NCBI GenBank assembly: GCA_037447605.1 | Contig: CM074815.1 | Span: forward strand, 496,001 to 560,000 | DNA from: Zygnema circumcarinatum SAG 698-1b | Taxonomy: Eukaryota; Plantae; Zygnematophyceae | DNA: 64,000 nt | Direction of reading: 5' to 3' | Shown here: positions 16,401 through 27,615 of the stretch, one piece after another | Layout: the number at the start of each line of letters is the position of its first letter | Position numbering within the stretch: position 1 is the stretch's first letter | Notes under the pieces: model-generated | Seen by the model: only the letters and a program-made list of their open reading frames with translations | The model's database searches: none | What the model was told of the DNA's origin: nothing | Program-made: the position numbers and the translations under genes

Positions 16401-19164
16401 GATGACGGGATAGATTCTTTACCTCCCTCCTCGCCTTCCCCTGCTCATTCCTCAACGAGCTGGCGCGGAAATTCACGCTTCTAATGCATTCCTAACCTCG
16501 TGCTTCCCACCTCTGGACATGGGCTAGAAGATGGTGGCCCCCCGCGTGAGCGCTTACTTATTGGCCCGCCTCCATGGCGCGGGGTGAGCCGCTACATTGG
16601 AAACTCCCCGCACTCACCGCTAACGCTGCAAGCGCCTCCCCACCGCTTCAACCCTCGGAGATGGGCGGAGATCCAATACGCAGACGCCAAGATCGGAACA
16701 TCGACATTCTATCCCCACTCTACACCCCTCCCCTCGCTACCTGCCTCCTAGCCGCGGGACAGATACACCGGGCGGGTAGGAGGTTCACGCCATGCACCTA
16801 AGCATCTCCGGGCCCACTCTGCCCGCTTCCCCGACGTGGCTATCATTCACCGCTACTCTCCCCTACTCGCCCACTCGGCTAATGGCAGTACCCCGCAATA
16901 CAAGGCCTTTGCCAAGCTAATGCGTGACTTCCGTGACATTCACCGTGACCTCTAGCCCCTACTTCCTCTCTGCAATGGGCTTGCGTAACGTACTCATTCG
17001 GGACGTGTCAAGTGATGCGCAGGCCCGCTGCTGCGCTGAGCCGCAGCGGATCGGGCGCGAGGGGTCATCCCTCCCCCGGGTTCCTCACGTATACCACCTC
17101 CTCCGCCCACCTCCACCGGCTTCTCCCCATTTAGCTCCTCATGGCCGTGAAGCCCATTCCCTTTGACCCTCCTCTCCTCACCGGGGAGCCCCTCTTTTCT
17201 GATTTATGACGCCCCCGGATCCGTCAGCCCAGCTTCACCCTGGGCCCTCCGGCTTCCAAAACCCTAGGATCCTCCGGCGGCCTCCCCACCCACCTCGAAC
17301 GAGCGCATGTACTGGCAACTCACCCACTTTGGGAGGCGCCGACGCGCTGCTCTCCCGCCCAATCAGGTAGCGCCACATCAGCTCATTTGGCTCAGGAATC
17401 TCGCCAAACCGACTCAACGGGCTTTTCTCCGCGGTTGGGCCTCTTCATCCTGCCGGCCCCGCCGAGATCCTGCTGGGCTAATATTTTGAGGGCTCTCGAC
17501 TTAGTGGGAATGCCCGCGCTGGCGCGTTTACACTCGGACGTATTATCTGCCCCCTACGCCGGGTTTCCTCCCCGCTGGCGCGGTTTACTGTTTATGGCCG
17601 GAAGGCCAAGGTTCTCCTCCAGACTTATGACGCCTTCCTCATTGGTCTATTTACTCCTGGGCCGCCACTTTCGTACTCCCGCCACTCTTTTGCCCCTTCG
17701 TACCACATCTCAGCCGGCCGCCTCTTCCGGCTAATACGGGTCCTCCCCATCCTCCCTCCCCATTTCCCCGAATGTAATGAAGCTTCCTCTCGACGGCCCA
17801 CTCGCCTCGCGCTCTCGGCCCACGCTTTCATCATTGGCCCTTCCATGCCCTTTTGTCTCATTGGTGATCTTCACAAGTAGGGCGTATGCGCTTGTTTCTC
17901 AACATGTGCTACATGTAGCGTGAATTGAGCTAAGTGCTCTCGACGGATTTGGCGCTACCAATTGTACTTTTGATATATGCCCTTCCTCGTCACGCTGACC
18001 AACGGAACTGTGGAGTCGCCAATCCGGGAGATTGAGAGAAGGCGGCGCTACGCGCTATGGGTCCACTAACGCACACTCATCCAAAATAGCTGGGCGACTC
18101 CCGGGAACACCCCTAAGGGCCGGACACTATCATCTGCTGGACTCCATCCGGCTGCCCACGAATGGGCCAGGCCTCCTCAAGGCAGTTGGCTACCTGTGTG
18201 GACTCGGCCACTACCAAGACTCCAAGATCTATTGTCGCTAAGCATAAGTAGATGGGATGTCGTGTTGGATGCTTGTTTGTCTTTTAGTGCCGGGCTTAGT
18301 ATTTGTATTTGCCGTGTGGTTTGCTGTCTTGTTCTTTTCTTTCTTCTTTTCCCCTTCGCCATGCAATGCATGCTAAGTGCGCAGAGAGAGAGAGAGTTCC
18401 ATGCCACAGATAGAGAGAGAGAGAGAGAGAGAAAGAGTCTTCTTGCTGATAGCATTTAGACGTCCCATTCAGCCCAGTTGTTGTACAAAGATTTCTGAGA
18501 AGACAATTTCATTAATGTGAGCACCCTCTCAGCCAAACCGGGCCATCGGGTGAGTTTCAAAATACCACCTTTATCTAAGTTGTGTTTCTCTCCTCCTCAC
18601 GGCCACTATGCTAAGCTCCTATCTTGCCTATCCCGCTTGCACTACTTCCCTCAATGACCAATGATCACTCAGGAAGCCCAGCCAAGAGACTACAGGCCGA
18701 GGAGAGTGACAGGGAGTGAGGGTCCCCAAGGAAGGGCTCTTTATGCGATCAAGTCCACCACCGGTGGAACGCCTTCGTAATCCCTACGCTCTTCTGGCCG
18801 CTGGGCGGCCTCCTCTCAATCCCCGGATCCTGGCTCTATGCTGCAGTGCAGACCCACAGCACCCCAACCCTAATACGCCAGCCAGCAAGACTTCCACTGG
18901 GTGGCCGTGACAAAGATTCCCGCGCGCGAATAGCCTTCAAAGAATCTCCTTTTAACCCCACTTATCTTGTGCTACAACGCCAACGCCAAAACGACCTAAT
19001 TTTGGTATGGTACGACCGTATGACCGTATGAGTACGGTCGTACGGTCGTTAATTGTTCAAAACGAGTGGGTATAATATATGTAATAAAGTGTTTTACTTT
19101 GTAATATATTACTATTTTTAAACCCGTTGTAAATTATATAATATATTCGGAATTTATAACGCGG
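10465..19164. mobile_element. hAT-type MITE (10465-10665 + 18977-19164) interrupted by a gypsy element
   Basis: Both halves match the intact MITE at 35600-35950 (tagggatggattagttacgac...attcggaatttataacgcgg). The right TIR is missing. Confidence 0.85.
10666..18976 (+). mobile_element. Ty3/gypsy LTR retrotransposon with frameshifted internal region; LTRs ~10666-11676 and 17914-18976
   Basis: Termini TGTAGC...GCTACA. ACGC duplication (10662-10665, 18977-18980) relative to the empty MITE at ~35780. Gag zinc knuckle CTFCQITGHDARVC (~13342-13383), protease-like ILLGSDWL (~14600), RT fragments GPWASPAVL and KIAPKKCKWGHQEITHLGH, LKSFLGLTSFYCRFIKGYA. The RT core falls in the 10-N join at 15269. Confidence 0.88.
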
Positions 19165-19282
19165 TGTCGGGGCCCCCGACACCCCATTTTGGTTATCCCG
19201 CCCCCTGAAATGTTTTTTGCGTTGCCGTAGGCAAAAGCTTTGCGGTCGTTTTGATCCGTACGAGGGGTTCGATTATGTTGTG

Positions 19283-20100
19283 AAAGATTAATTTAATGAA
19301 AATGGGGTATAGTTGCCGCTGAAGTCCGACGCTGCTACGCCGCTGCCTCGATTGGTTGTGCGTTTCCTGCTGACTTAATGTGCGGTAAGAAAATGGGGTA
19401 TATTGCGCATTTATTGTGCCGGGCTGCCACGTCGCTTACGCACCGCTGCTCGATTTGATAGCGTTTTTATGTGGTGTACGGATTCGGTTAGGTTGTGAAT
19501 GATGAATTTAATGAAAATGGGGTATAGTTTCGCTAACTGGACGCCGCCACGCCGCTGGCCCCGATTGGTTGTATGCTGCTGGATCAACGCGCTGTAGTAG
19601 TATATCGCTGCACTATTCGCTGAGTTGCCACGCGGTCGATACTCACGCACGACCTACGTCGATTTTGATGTTTTATGTGGTGTACGGATTCGGTTAGGTT
19701 GTGAATGATGAATTTAATGAAAATGGGGTATAGTTTCGACCGACGTCACACGCCGCTGGGCCCCTGACACAGGTATGCCGCTGGATCAATGCGAAGAAAA
19801 TGGGGTATATTTCGTCCTTATTGTTTCCTTGCCACGTGTTGTTTTCTACGTTCCGCGACGTTGTATTGTGATGTTTTATGTGGTGTACGGATTCGGTTAG
19901 GTTGTGAATGATGAATTTAATGAAAATGGGGTATAGTTTCCGCAGCCTCGACGCTGCTACCGCCGCCATGATTGGTTGTGTGTTTCACGGATTTAATGCG
20001 TAGAAAATGTGGTATATCCTCGCACCGACTCGCGGATCGCCAATGCGGTCATTTTCATGCAAATGCACAGCTTCAGGTTAAGTGATGTTTTACGGGACGT
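19283..20100. repeat. ~205-bp tandem array with an invariant 67-bp block; related units at 22725-23110
   Basis: ttttatgtggtgtacggattcggttaggttgtgaatgatgaatttaatgaaaatggggtatagtttc is identical at 19465, 19671 and 19874. The intervening ~137-bp segments are degenerate homologues of one another. Confidence 0.85.
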
Positions 20101-20375
20101 ATTGTTGTAAATAGGGTATTTGCGTAGCGTGTTTAAAGTGGCCACGTGGTGCATTCCTATTGGTTAGCACGAACGGAATTAGTTATACTTCTTATCCAGT
20201 CAGAAATTGCCACGTTGGTGCTGTAGTGTGTTTTTGGATGTTTGTTATCCAATCAGGTGTTGCCACGTAGCCCTAAAATGGGAAAAAAACCAAAAAAAAA
20301 CAATCTAAATATTACAACATTTGGCCTTATGTTGTAATATTGAGAGAGTTTTTTTTTTTTTTTTGTTTGTGAAAG

Positions 20376-20411
<36 letters not shown>

Positions 20412-20685
20412 TTTTTGTTGTGTTTTTGTTGTTTGTTTTTGTTGTTTGTGGTTGTTGTGTGTGTTGTTTTTTTCTTTTGTGAAAGTCACACACGAAAATA
20501 CACACTCACAAACACTCACACACACACACACACACACTCTCATACACACACACACCCACACACACACACACACTCTCACACACACACACACACACACACC
20601 ACACACACACACACACACCCACACCCACACACACACTCACACACACACACACACACACATTCACCCACACACACACACTGTCTCT

Positions 20686-20716
<31 letters not shown>

Positions 20717-21633
20717 GCACAAAAAATGAAAAAAACAAAAAAAATCAGAAAATGATGAAGAAAAAGATGAAGAAAATGTAAAGAATGCGAACATCACCAT
20801 ATCCAGGACCGGGTCCTTCCGAAATCTTTCCAGAGTTATTTGCTATACAATACATGGGTGTGAGCGTAAGTACGGACCTTTTTTCATGAAGATCTTATGT
20901 TTCCGAAATTTTTTCGATCTTTTCGAACATCGCTATATCCAGGACCGGGTCCTTCCGAAATCTTTCCAGGGTTATTTGCTACACAATGCAAGAGTGTGAG
21001 CGTAAGTACGAACCTTTTTTCATCATGATCTTATGTTTCCGAAATTTTCTCGACTTTTTTGAACATCGTCATCTCCAGGACCGGGTCCTTCCGAAATTTG
21101 TCCATGGTTATTTGCTATAAAACACATAAGTCAAGCGTAAGTACGAACATTATGTACATCATGATGTCATTTTTATCATTTTTTTTTTTTTTTTTGGTAA
21201 TTTTCAAAACTGCGAAATGTCAAAAAATTTCCAGATGTCCAGGATTTTAAAATTTCCAGCTTTTCAAAATTTCCAGCGATTTCCAGCGATTTCCAGCGAT
21301 TTCTCTTTAAAGTCCAGAGGACTGTAAAATCTTTTAAGTCCAGAGGACTGNNNNNNNNNNTGTTGTAAATAGGGTATTTGCGTAGCGTGTTTAAAGTGGC
21401 CACGTGGTGCATTCCTATTGGTTAGCACGAACGGAATTAGTTATACTTCTTATCCAGTCAGAAATTGCCACGTTGGTGCTGTAGTGTGTTTTTGGATGTT
21501 TGTTATCCAATCAGGTGTTGCCACGTAGCCCTAAAATGGGAAAAAAACCAAAAAAAAACAATCTAAATATTACAACATTTGGCCTTATGTTGTAATATTG
21601 AGAGAGTTTTTTTTTTTTTTTTGTTTGTGAAAG

Positions 21634-21669
<36 letters not shown>

Positions 21670-21943
21670 TTTTTGTTGTGTTTTTGTTGTTTGTTTTTGT
21701 TGTTTGTGGTTGTTGTGTGTGTTGTTTTTTTCTTTTGTGAAAGTCACACACGAAAATACACACTCACAAACACTCACACACACACACACACACACTCTCA
21801 TACACACACACACCCACACACACACACACACTCTCACACACACACACACACACACACCACACACACACACACACACCCACACCCACACACACACTCACAC
21901 ACACACACACACACACATTCACCCACACACACACACTGTCTCT

Positions 21944-21974
<31 letters not shown>

Positions 21975-22598
21975 GCACAAAAAATGAAAAAAACAAAAAA
22001 AATCAGAAAATGATGAAGAAAAAGTAAAGAATGCGAACATCACCATATCCAGGACCGGGTCCTTCCGAAATCTTTCCAGAGTTATTTGCTATACAATACA
22101 TGGGTGTGAGCGTAAGTACGGACCTTTTTTCATGAAGATCTTATGTTTCCGAAATTTTTTCGATCTTTTCGAACATCGCTATATCCAGGACCGGGTCCTT
22201 CCGAAATCTTTCCAGGGTTATTTGCTACACAATGCAAGAGTGTGAGCGTAAGTACGAACCTTTTTTCATCATGATCTTATGTTTCCGAAATTTTCTCGAC
22301 TTTTTTGAACATCGTCATCTCCAGGACCGGGTCCTTCCGAAATTTGTCCATGGTTATTTGCTATAAAACACATAAGTCAAGCGTAAGTACGAACATTATG
22401 TACATCATGATGTCATTTTTATCATTTTTTTTTTTTTTTTTGGTAATTTTCAAAACTGCGAAATGTCAAAAAATTTCCAGATGTCCAGGATTTTAAAATT
22501 TCCAGCTTTTCAAAATTTCCAGCGATTTCCAGCGATTTCCAGCGATTTCTCTTTAAAGTCCAGAGGACTGTAAAATCTTTTAAGTCCAGAGGACTGAC
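20101..22598. repeat. Near-identical tandem duplication (20101-21350 / 21361-22598) across a 10-N join; contains (TTG)n, (CA)n and three 136-bp units
   Basis: The ORF track repeats at offset 1258. ccaggaccgggtccttccgaaat recurs at 20803, 20939 and 21075. There is a 12-bp indel between copies. Confidence 0.9.
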
Positions 22599-24212
22599 NN
22601 NNNNNNNNNNNNNNNNNNNNNNNNNNNNNNNNNNNNNNNNNNNNNNNNNNNNNNNNNNNNNNNNNNNNNNNNNNNNNNNNNNNNNNNNNNNNNNNNNNNN
22701 NNNNNNNNNNNNNNNNNNNNNNNNATTTAATGAAAATGGGGTATAGTTGCCGCGAGTCTGACGTTGCCACGTCGCGCGTGCTGATTGGTTGTGCGTTTCG
22801 TTGGATCGAATGCGCAGAAAATGGGGTATATCGCGTTCCCATTCTGTCATTGCCACGGGTCGTTTTCTACGTACGACAGCGTTCGATTTTGATGTTTTAT
22901 GTGGCGTACGGATTCGGTTAGGTTGTCAAAGATGGATTTAATGAAAATGGGGTATAGTTGCCGCGAGTCTGACGTTGCCACGTCGCGCGTCCTGATTGGT
23001 TGTGCGTTTCGTTGGATCGAATGCGCAGAAAAAGGGGTATATCGCGCTCCCATTCTGTCATTGCCACGTGTCGTTTTCTATGTACGACAGCGTTCGTTTT
23101 GAATGTTTTACGGGACGTATTGTTGTAAATAGGGTATGTGTCGCAGCGTGTTAAAAGTGGCCACGTGGTGCATTCTAATTGGTTAAATCGCACCTCGCGC
23201 AACTGAACAGAACACAAAATTAAACAGCTTATGTGTTCGATCAGTTTCCGTTTCAGTTCACTTCACATAATTAAGGTTCGAAGACATTTCTATAAAAAGG
23301 CAACGCACGAGGATCTTGATCCGCAGCCTGTTGTTTTCGAGAGACAAAAATATGTTAGGGCCTGCCCCGATCTTCTCGGAGCGAAAGATCCGTCCGCCAC
23401 GAGATCGTTCGCGGGTGTCCGTCCTTCACAAGTGCGGTGAATCGCCGCCGTCGATTTCCTCGCAGACCGCACGCGACAACCGTTAGATCTGCAGCCGGGC
23501 TCGGTCTCAGCGGGGCTCGGTCGCAGCGAATGGCACGTGCCCACGTGTCCCGGTGAGACGGTCAGATGGTAAGTTCGCGGACGGCACGCGGCGGCGGCTG
23601 GACGCGTCCATACGGATAATTGGTAACCGAATCGGGTCCGTACAAATGTTGTAAGGTCGCAGCTTCGAGGAAAGGCGGAATACCGTAAAGGTCGGAGTCT
23701 GGACCAATCACAATTTGCCATGTCATACACACGAGCACGTGGCAGTGTTGACCTGACTGTCACTTGTTGCGGCGCTGACCTGGTGATCTTGCCACGTCAA
23801 CGCTTTTTCGCTTTTTCGCTTTTTCGCTTTTTCGCTTTTTCTTTTCGCTGTGTGCCACGTATTGGGCCTGCGTGAGCCCAAGACGTGGCACTCCTGGCGC
23901 TTCTGTAGGAATATTCCCTTGCGTGTGCAGGCACTCTGGTCATTTTGTTTTTTTCGCTTTTTGTCGTCTAGCGCACCGACCTATCCAGCTTCGGCCGTCT
24001 GCCTTCTTGCCGTTTCCCAGCCATCGATCTCGCCGGCCGTTGACCTCTCCGCGATCCTCGGAGACGATCTCAGCCGCCAGATATCGATCCCTCTGCCGCC
24101 CGTTGACCTCCCGGCCGGTCAACCGCCGGTACATATCCTCCGCCTGCCGCCTTTTCGGCGGAGTTTGGCATCGTTCGAGCTGGAGGGGGCCGCCGCGTCG
24201 AGCAGAGGAGAA

Positions 24213-24325
24213 TGACGTAAGCCCTAAACGTACCTCCGTCTCATTTCTTTTGCAGCGCGACGGAGCCTCCCGGTTGCTCTGCTGAACGTCAAATTCACGT
24301 GTTTTTTGCCCGCCCTTCTGTGCAG
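24213..24325 (+). promoter_or_regulatory. Conserved upstream block of LRR-lipase genes: TGACGTAAGCCCTAA motif / putative 5'-UTR splice donor and acceptors
   Basis: The same motif occurs at 24213, 36177 and (minus) 58100-58114. In the 24 kb and 36 kb copies it is followed by tttgcag and ttctgtgcag acceptor-like sites. The function is inferred. Confidence 0.45.
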
Positions 24326-24739
24326 GTGCTCGTTTTAGGGAATCATCATCATCTGTCAGCGCCGCGCTCCATATTCTCAGTGACAGAGCCGAGCCATCCA
24401 TCCAGCCCTGAGACAGACAGATCTGTCGGGGGCGTAACGCGGCCTGCCGGGAAGTGACGCAGTGCGCTCAGTGAGGCCGGCTCATAGTTCCCCAACCCCT
24501 CTCTCTCTCTCTCTCACTATCTCTCTCTCTCTCTCTCACTCTCTCTCTCTCTCTGCCTGTCGTCCGTCCGTATCAACATGGAGGGAGGGAAGCGCCGCCA
24601 AGTTTGCGTTATTGAATGGGGGGAACCGCCGGATTACGAGTGCTTGTCTCGTCCGTATATCCGAGCCGAAACAATGTCTCTCGTTGTCCCTCTCGCTTTC
24701 AGTAAATTTCTCGCTACCTGTCCGTCCATCCGTCTCAAC

Positions 24740-26878
24740 ATGGACGGAGAGAAGGGCGACCCCGGCCTCCCTTTTCTTACTTATGACGAGCAATGGCTGG
24801 AATCGTCGGAGGCCCAGTGGCTCTCTCGTCTGGACTTTTTAGGAGACCATTTCTTAGAAGCAGGAATCAAGCTGTTCTCAGAGCTGCGGAAAAGGCGAAA
24901 GAAGCAGATGGAGGACTGCAGTCGTGAGGATGGGCCGGCTGTCGAATTAGCGGCAGAAAAACTGCGGGGTTTGATTCTGAATATGGCAGAGGGCCAAGCC
25001 CCCGGTTTGACAGGAGGTCTCAGCTGGTGGAGAGAATATCTGAAGTCTCTGCCTGTTTGTAAAGGAACGCACATGCTTAATCTCAGCGGCTGCCATTCGG
25101 AAGACATTCCAATATTGGAGAATTCGCCACCTTTAAAGATTCTTTATCCACGTGACAACAATCTATGGCTGAACAACAACCACTTGAGCTCCTTGCCGGC
25201 AGAAATTGGTCAACTTCGTCGATTCAAAGAACTGCGCCTCGACCACAATGAGCTGACCTCGATCCCGGCCGAAATTTCATCTCTAGGGAAACTGGAAGTG
25301 CTATGGTTGAACAGCAACCGCTTGAGCTCTTTGCCGGCAGAAATTAGTCAACTTAGTCGACTCAAAGAACTGCGCCTCGACTACAATGAGCTGACCTCGA
25401 TCCCGGCCGAAATTTCATCTCTAGGGAAACTGGAAGTGCTATGGTTGAACAACAACCGCTTGAGCTCTTTGCCGGCAGAAATTAGTCAACTTAGTCGACT
25501 CAAAGAACTGCGCCTCGACCACAATAAGCTGACCTCGATCCCGGCCGAAATTTCATCTCTAGGGAAATTGGAACTGCTTGATGTGCGCAAGAACCCGCTG
25601 CTCACTTTGCCGACAGTGAAAAATGCCCGTCTGAGACGGTATGCCCCGGGGCTACATAGTGGCTTGATCGCCCTAACGACCGGTGCGGTCATTGTTGATG
25701 CTTACTCGTTGCTTTATCGTCCGAAATACCTGTTGGCATTTCGAGACGAGAAATTCTTGATTTTCTTCACTTCAAAAGCACATCGTGAATTCGAAGAACT
25801 TTGGGAAGACGCGAAAAATGCGCGTGTGAGCAGCGCCGGGGGCCTCGTCATCGACTACTACAATAAACACATTTCCAAAAAGTTGACAATGGAGGAAGCT
25901 GCGTTGCAGATGCTAGCCTGTTCGTTGGTGTATCTGGATGAAAAATTCAGCACCTACAACGGCGACATCGAATTTAATGTAACAGAAGGCGTTTGTCGTG
26001 AATCTGTGCGCTGTTATGCGAAGAAGTACAGAATAAAGGACTCGACTTGCCACGAAGAAGGGTGTGTTGCCTTCCATTTGGTTCCACAAGGCAACGAAGC
26101 AGGTCAGAAAGCTCACATTATTTTGTTTCGTGGAACCAATCCCGATGCGAGGTTTGCTCCAAAGGGTATCCAGGCGGACATGAATCGACATGCAGTTGGG
26201 CTGACAGTGTTCAATAGCGTACAAAAGGATTTACAAAAATGGATGGAGAACGCGCTACGACGTGATGTCGGGGATGGCATCAAGCTGGTGATAACGGGCC
26301 ACAGCCTCGGGGGGGCTTTGGCAATGCACACCTTTGCCAGCATTGAGGAGCCGCTCCATCGGCAAAAAAATGTCAGAGTGGTCACCTTCAACGCTCCTGG
26401 AGTGGATGAAGACACCATTCGAAACAAAATGTGTGGTGGTGGAGTAGATGTAAACTTGATGAAGGGGAACATCTGTATGGTTCGTCACGAGTGGGATATT
26501 GTGCACTACGCAGGAATGCTGCAACCTCCAGGGACTGTTTTGTACACGGGGGATCTTGTAGATAAGCCGTTAAGCTCCTTAGAGGCACTTGCCAAGTCCA
26601 AAGTCCCTGTCTTGGAGCACTTGTGTAATTATGTACTCAGGTCCTGTGGACTGACCGCATCACCTCCCCCTCTTCAGGATCTCATGGAGGCAGTTTTCTA
26701 TGCGCACACGGTTCCGGCTTTTGCGCTCCGCCAGATGCATGGACATAGACCAGTGGTTTCTAAGAGGGTGGAACACAATGAGGGTCATTGGCCTGATGAT
26801 CTCGGAAAGGTTGCCGAATATGTACGATTTTTTCGTGAAAAAATTGGCTCTATCTTGAAAGGATTGCTTCCGAAATAA
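24740..26878 (+). CDS. LRR - class 3 lipase (alpha/beta hydrolase) fusion protein, copy 1; intronless CDS
   Basis: ORF 24578..26878. The start homologous to copy 2 is 24740 (cgtctcaacATG context); the in-frame ATG at 24578 looks like a duplicated start region. It has three 46-aa LRR doublets (LWLNNNRLSSLPAEISQLSRLKELRLDHNELTSIPAEISSLGKLEV), then IILFRGT, VITGHSLGGALA, VVTFNAPG, HEWDIVH and YAHTV. Confidence 0.9.
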   Translation: MDGEKGDPGLPFLTYDEQWLESSEAQWLSRLDFLGDHFLEAGIKLFSELRKRRKKQMEDCSREDGPAVELAAEKLRGLILNMAEGQAPGLTGGLSWWREYLKSLPVCKGTHMLNLSGCHSEDIPILENSPPLKILYPRDNNLWLNNNHLSSLPAEIGQLRRFKELRLDHNELTSIPAEISSLGKLEVLWLNSNRLSSLPAEISQLSRLKELRLDYNELTSIPAEISSLGKLEVLWLNNNRLSSLPAEISQLSRLKELRLDHNKLTSIPAEISSLGKLELLDVRKNPLLTLPTVKNARLRRYAPGLHSGLIALTTGAVIVDAYSLLYRPKYLLAFRDEKFLIFFTSKAHREFEELWEDAKNARVSSAGGLVIDYYNKHISKKLTMEEAALQMLACSLVYLDEKFSTYNGDIEFNVTEGVCRESVRCYAKKYRIKDSTCHEEGCVAFHLVPQGNEAGQKAHIILFRGTNPDARFAPKGIQADMNRHAVGLTVFNSVQKDLQKWMENALRRDVGDGIKLVITGHSLGGALAMHTFASIEEPLHRQKNVRVVTFNAPGVDEDTIRNKMCGGGVDVNLMKGNICMVRHEWDIVHYAGMLQPPGTVLYTGDLVDKPLSSLEALAKSKVPVLEHLCNYVLRSCGLTASPPPLQDLMEAVFYAHTVPAFALRQMHGHRPVVSKRVEHNEGHWPDDLGKVAEYVRFFREKIGSILKGLLPK

Positions 26879-27404
26879 GATCGACTCTCAAAGCGTGGCT
26901 TTTGTCCAGGTGGGCGACCTTTTACTAATGACTGATTAACCGAAGCTATTATTATTGATAGAACTGGAAAGTCAATGTGACTAGCTAATTTTCGGGCCAT
27001 GGCGTTCAGTGGCAATTTATCATGATGCTCTGTCGAATCGTGCCATCGTAGTCTCTGTTCGCACTCTCATAATCAAGATTCTCTTTCGAAGTCAACCTCC
27101 TTGCTATCGCTCTCCCTTGTTCTTCCCCTCCCCATCCCTGCCTCAGCCACTCCCTTCCCCTTCCCTCTCCATCCCAACTACATGTTCCCTCTCTTTCAAA
27201 CGCTAACCCATGGCTTACGCTTTCTCTTCCTTCCCACCCTGAGCGTTTGCAGCCCTCTTTCCTTAAACTGCATTGTAGACCGAGTCTCAGGCTTTTGTTT
27301 TGTCTCTGGAGAGTCTCCGTGGCATTTCTTCCTTTCCTACTCCTTTCCTTCTCTTGCCTCCCCTCTTCCTTCCCCTCCTTGAGCTCTCCTCTCTCTCCCC
27401 CACT

Positions 27405-27615
27405 CCTTTCTCCCACCCCTCTCTCACTTTCTCTAACTCTATCTCTCTCTCTCTCTCGCTCTCACTCTCTTTGTGCAGAGACTAAGGGAGATCTTGAGCA
27501 CGCGAGCGGGAATGGGACTCCAGGTGGCCGACATTCCTCCGCGGTTTTTAGCAGAAAACTTCGGCAGTGAGCGGAATGGGTGGAGAGCTGTAGAAAGGAG
27601 AAGAGGAGGGAGGGA
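27405..27615 (+). pseudogene. Duplicated fragment of NUFIP1 last intron/exon boundary
   Basis: gcagagactaagggagatcttgagcacgcgagcgggaatgggactccaggtggccgacattcctccgcggtttttagcagaaaacttcggcagtgagcggaatggg is homologous to 8511-8600. The upstream ctctctcacttt..ctaactc also matches ~8210. Confidence 0.85.

Larger units (their letters stand above)
10280..23530. mobile_element. Fragmented long-TIR (Mutator/foldback-like) element split by later insertions: pieces 10280-10464, 19173-19215, ~23340-23530
   Basis: The pieces are collinear with the intact element at 32871-33816: terminus gggtagt; ttaaaaacggaaaatgcttt..ggaatcgatac; ggaaaatgat.ccccg.cacc; gatccgtccgccacgagatcgttcgcgggtgtccgtcc. No right TIR was seen. 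Another left-arm piece lies at 28805-28975. Confidence 0.7.

Noticed and set aside
15900-17900. Integrase/chromodomain of the gypsy element
   Set aside because: Expected by position, but no HHCC or DDE motif could be read with confidence in the frameshifted sequence.
19283-20100. CRISPR array
   Set aside because: The 67-bp repeats and ~137-bp spacers are too long, the spacers are homologous to each other, the context is eukaryotic and there are no cas genes.
20101-22598. His/Thr-rich and Cys/Val-rich proteins, and a biological tandem duplication
   Set aside because: The ORFs are translations of (CA)n and (TTG)n microsatellites, and the duplication flanks a 10-N join.
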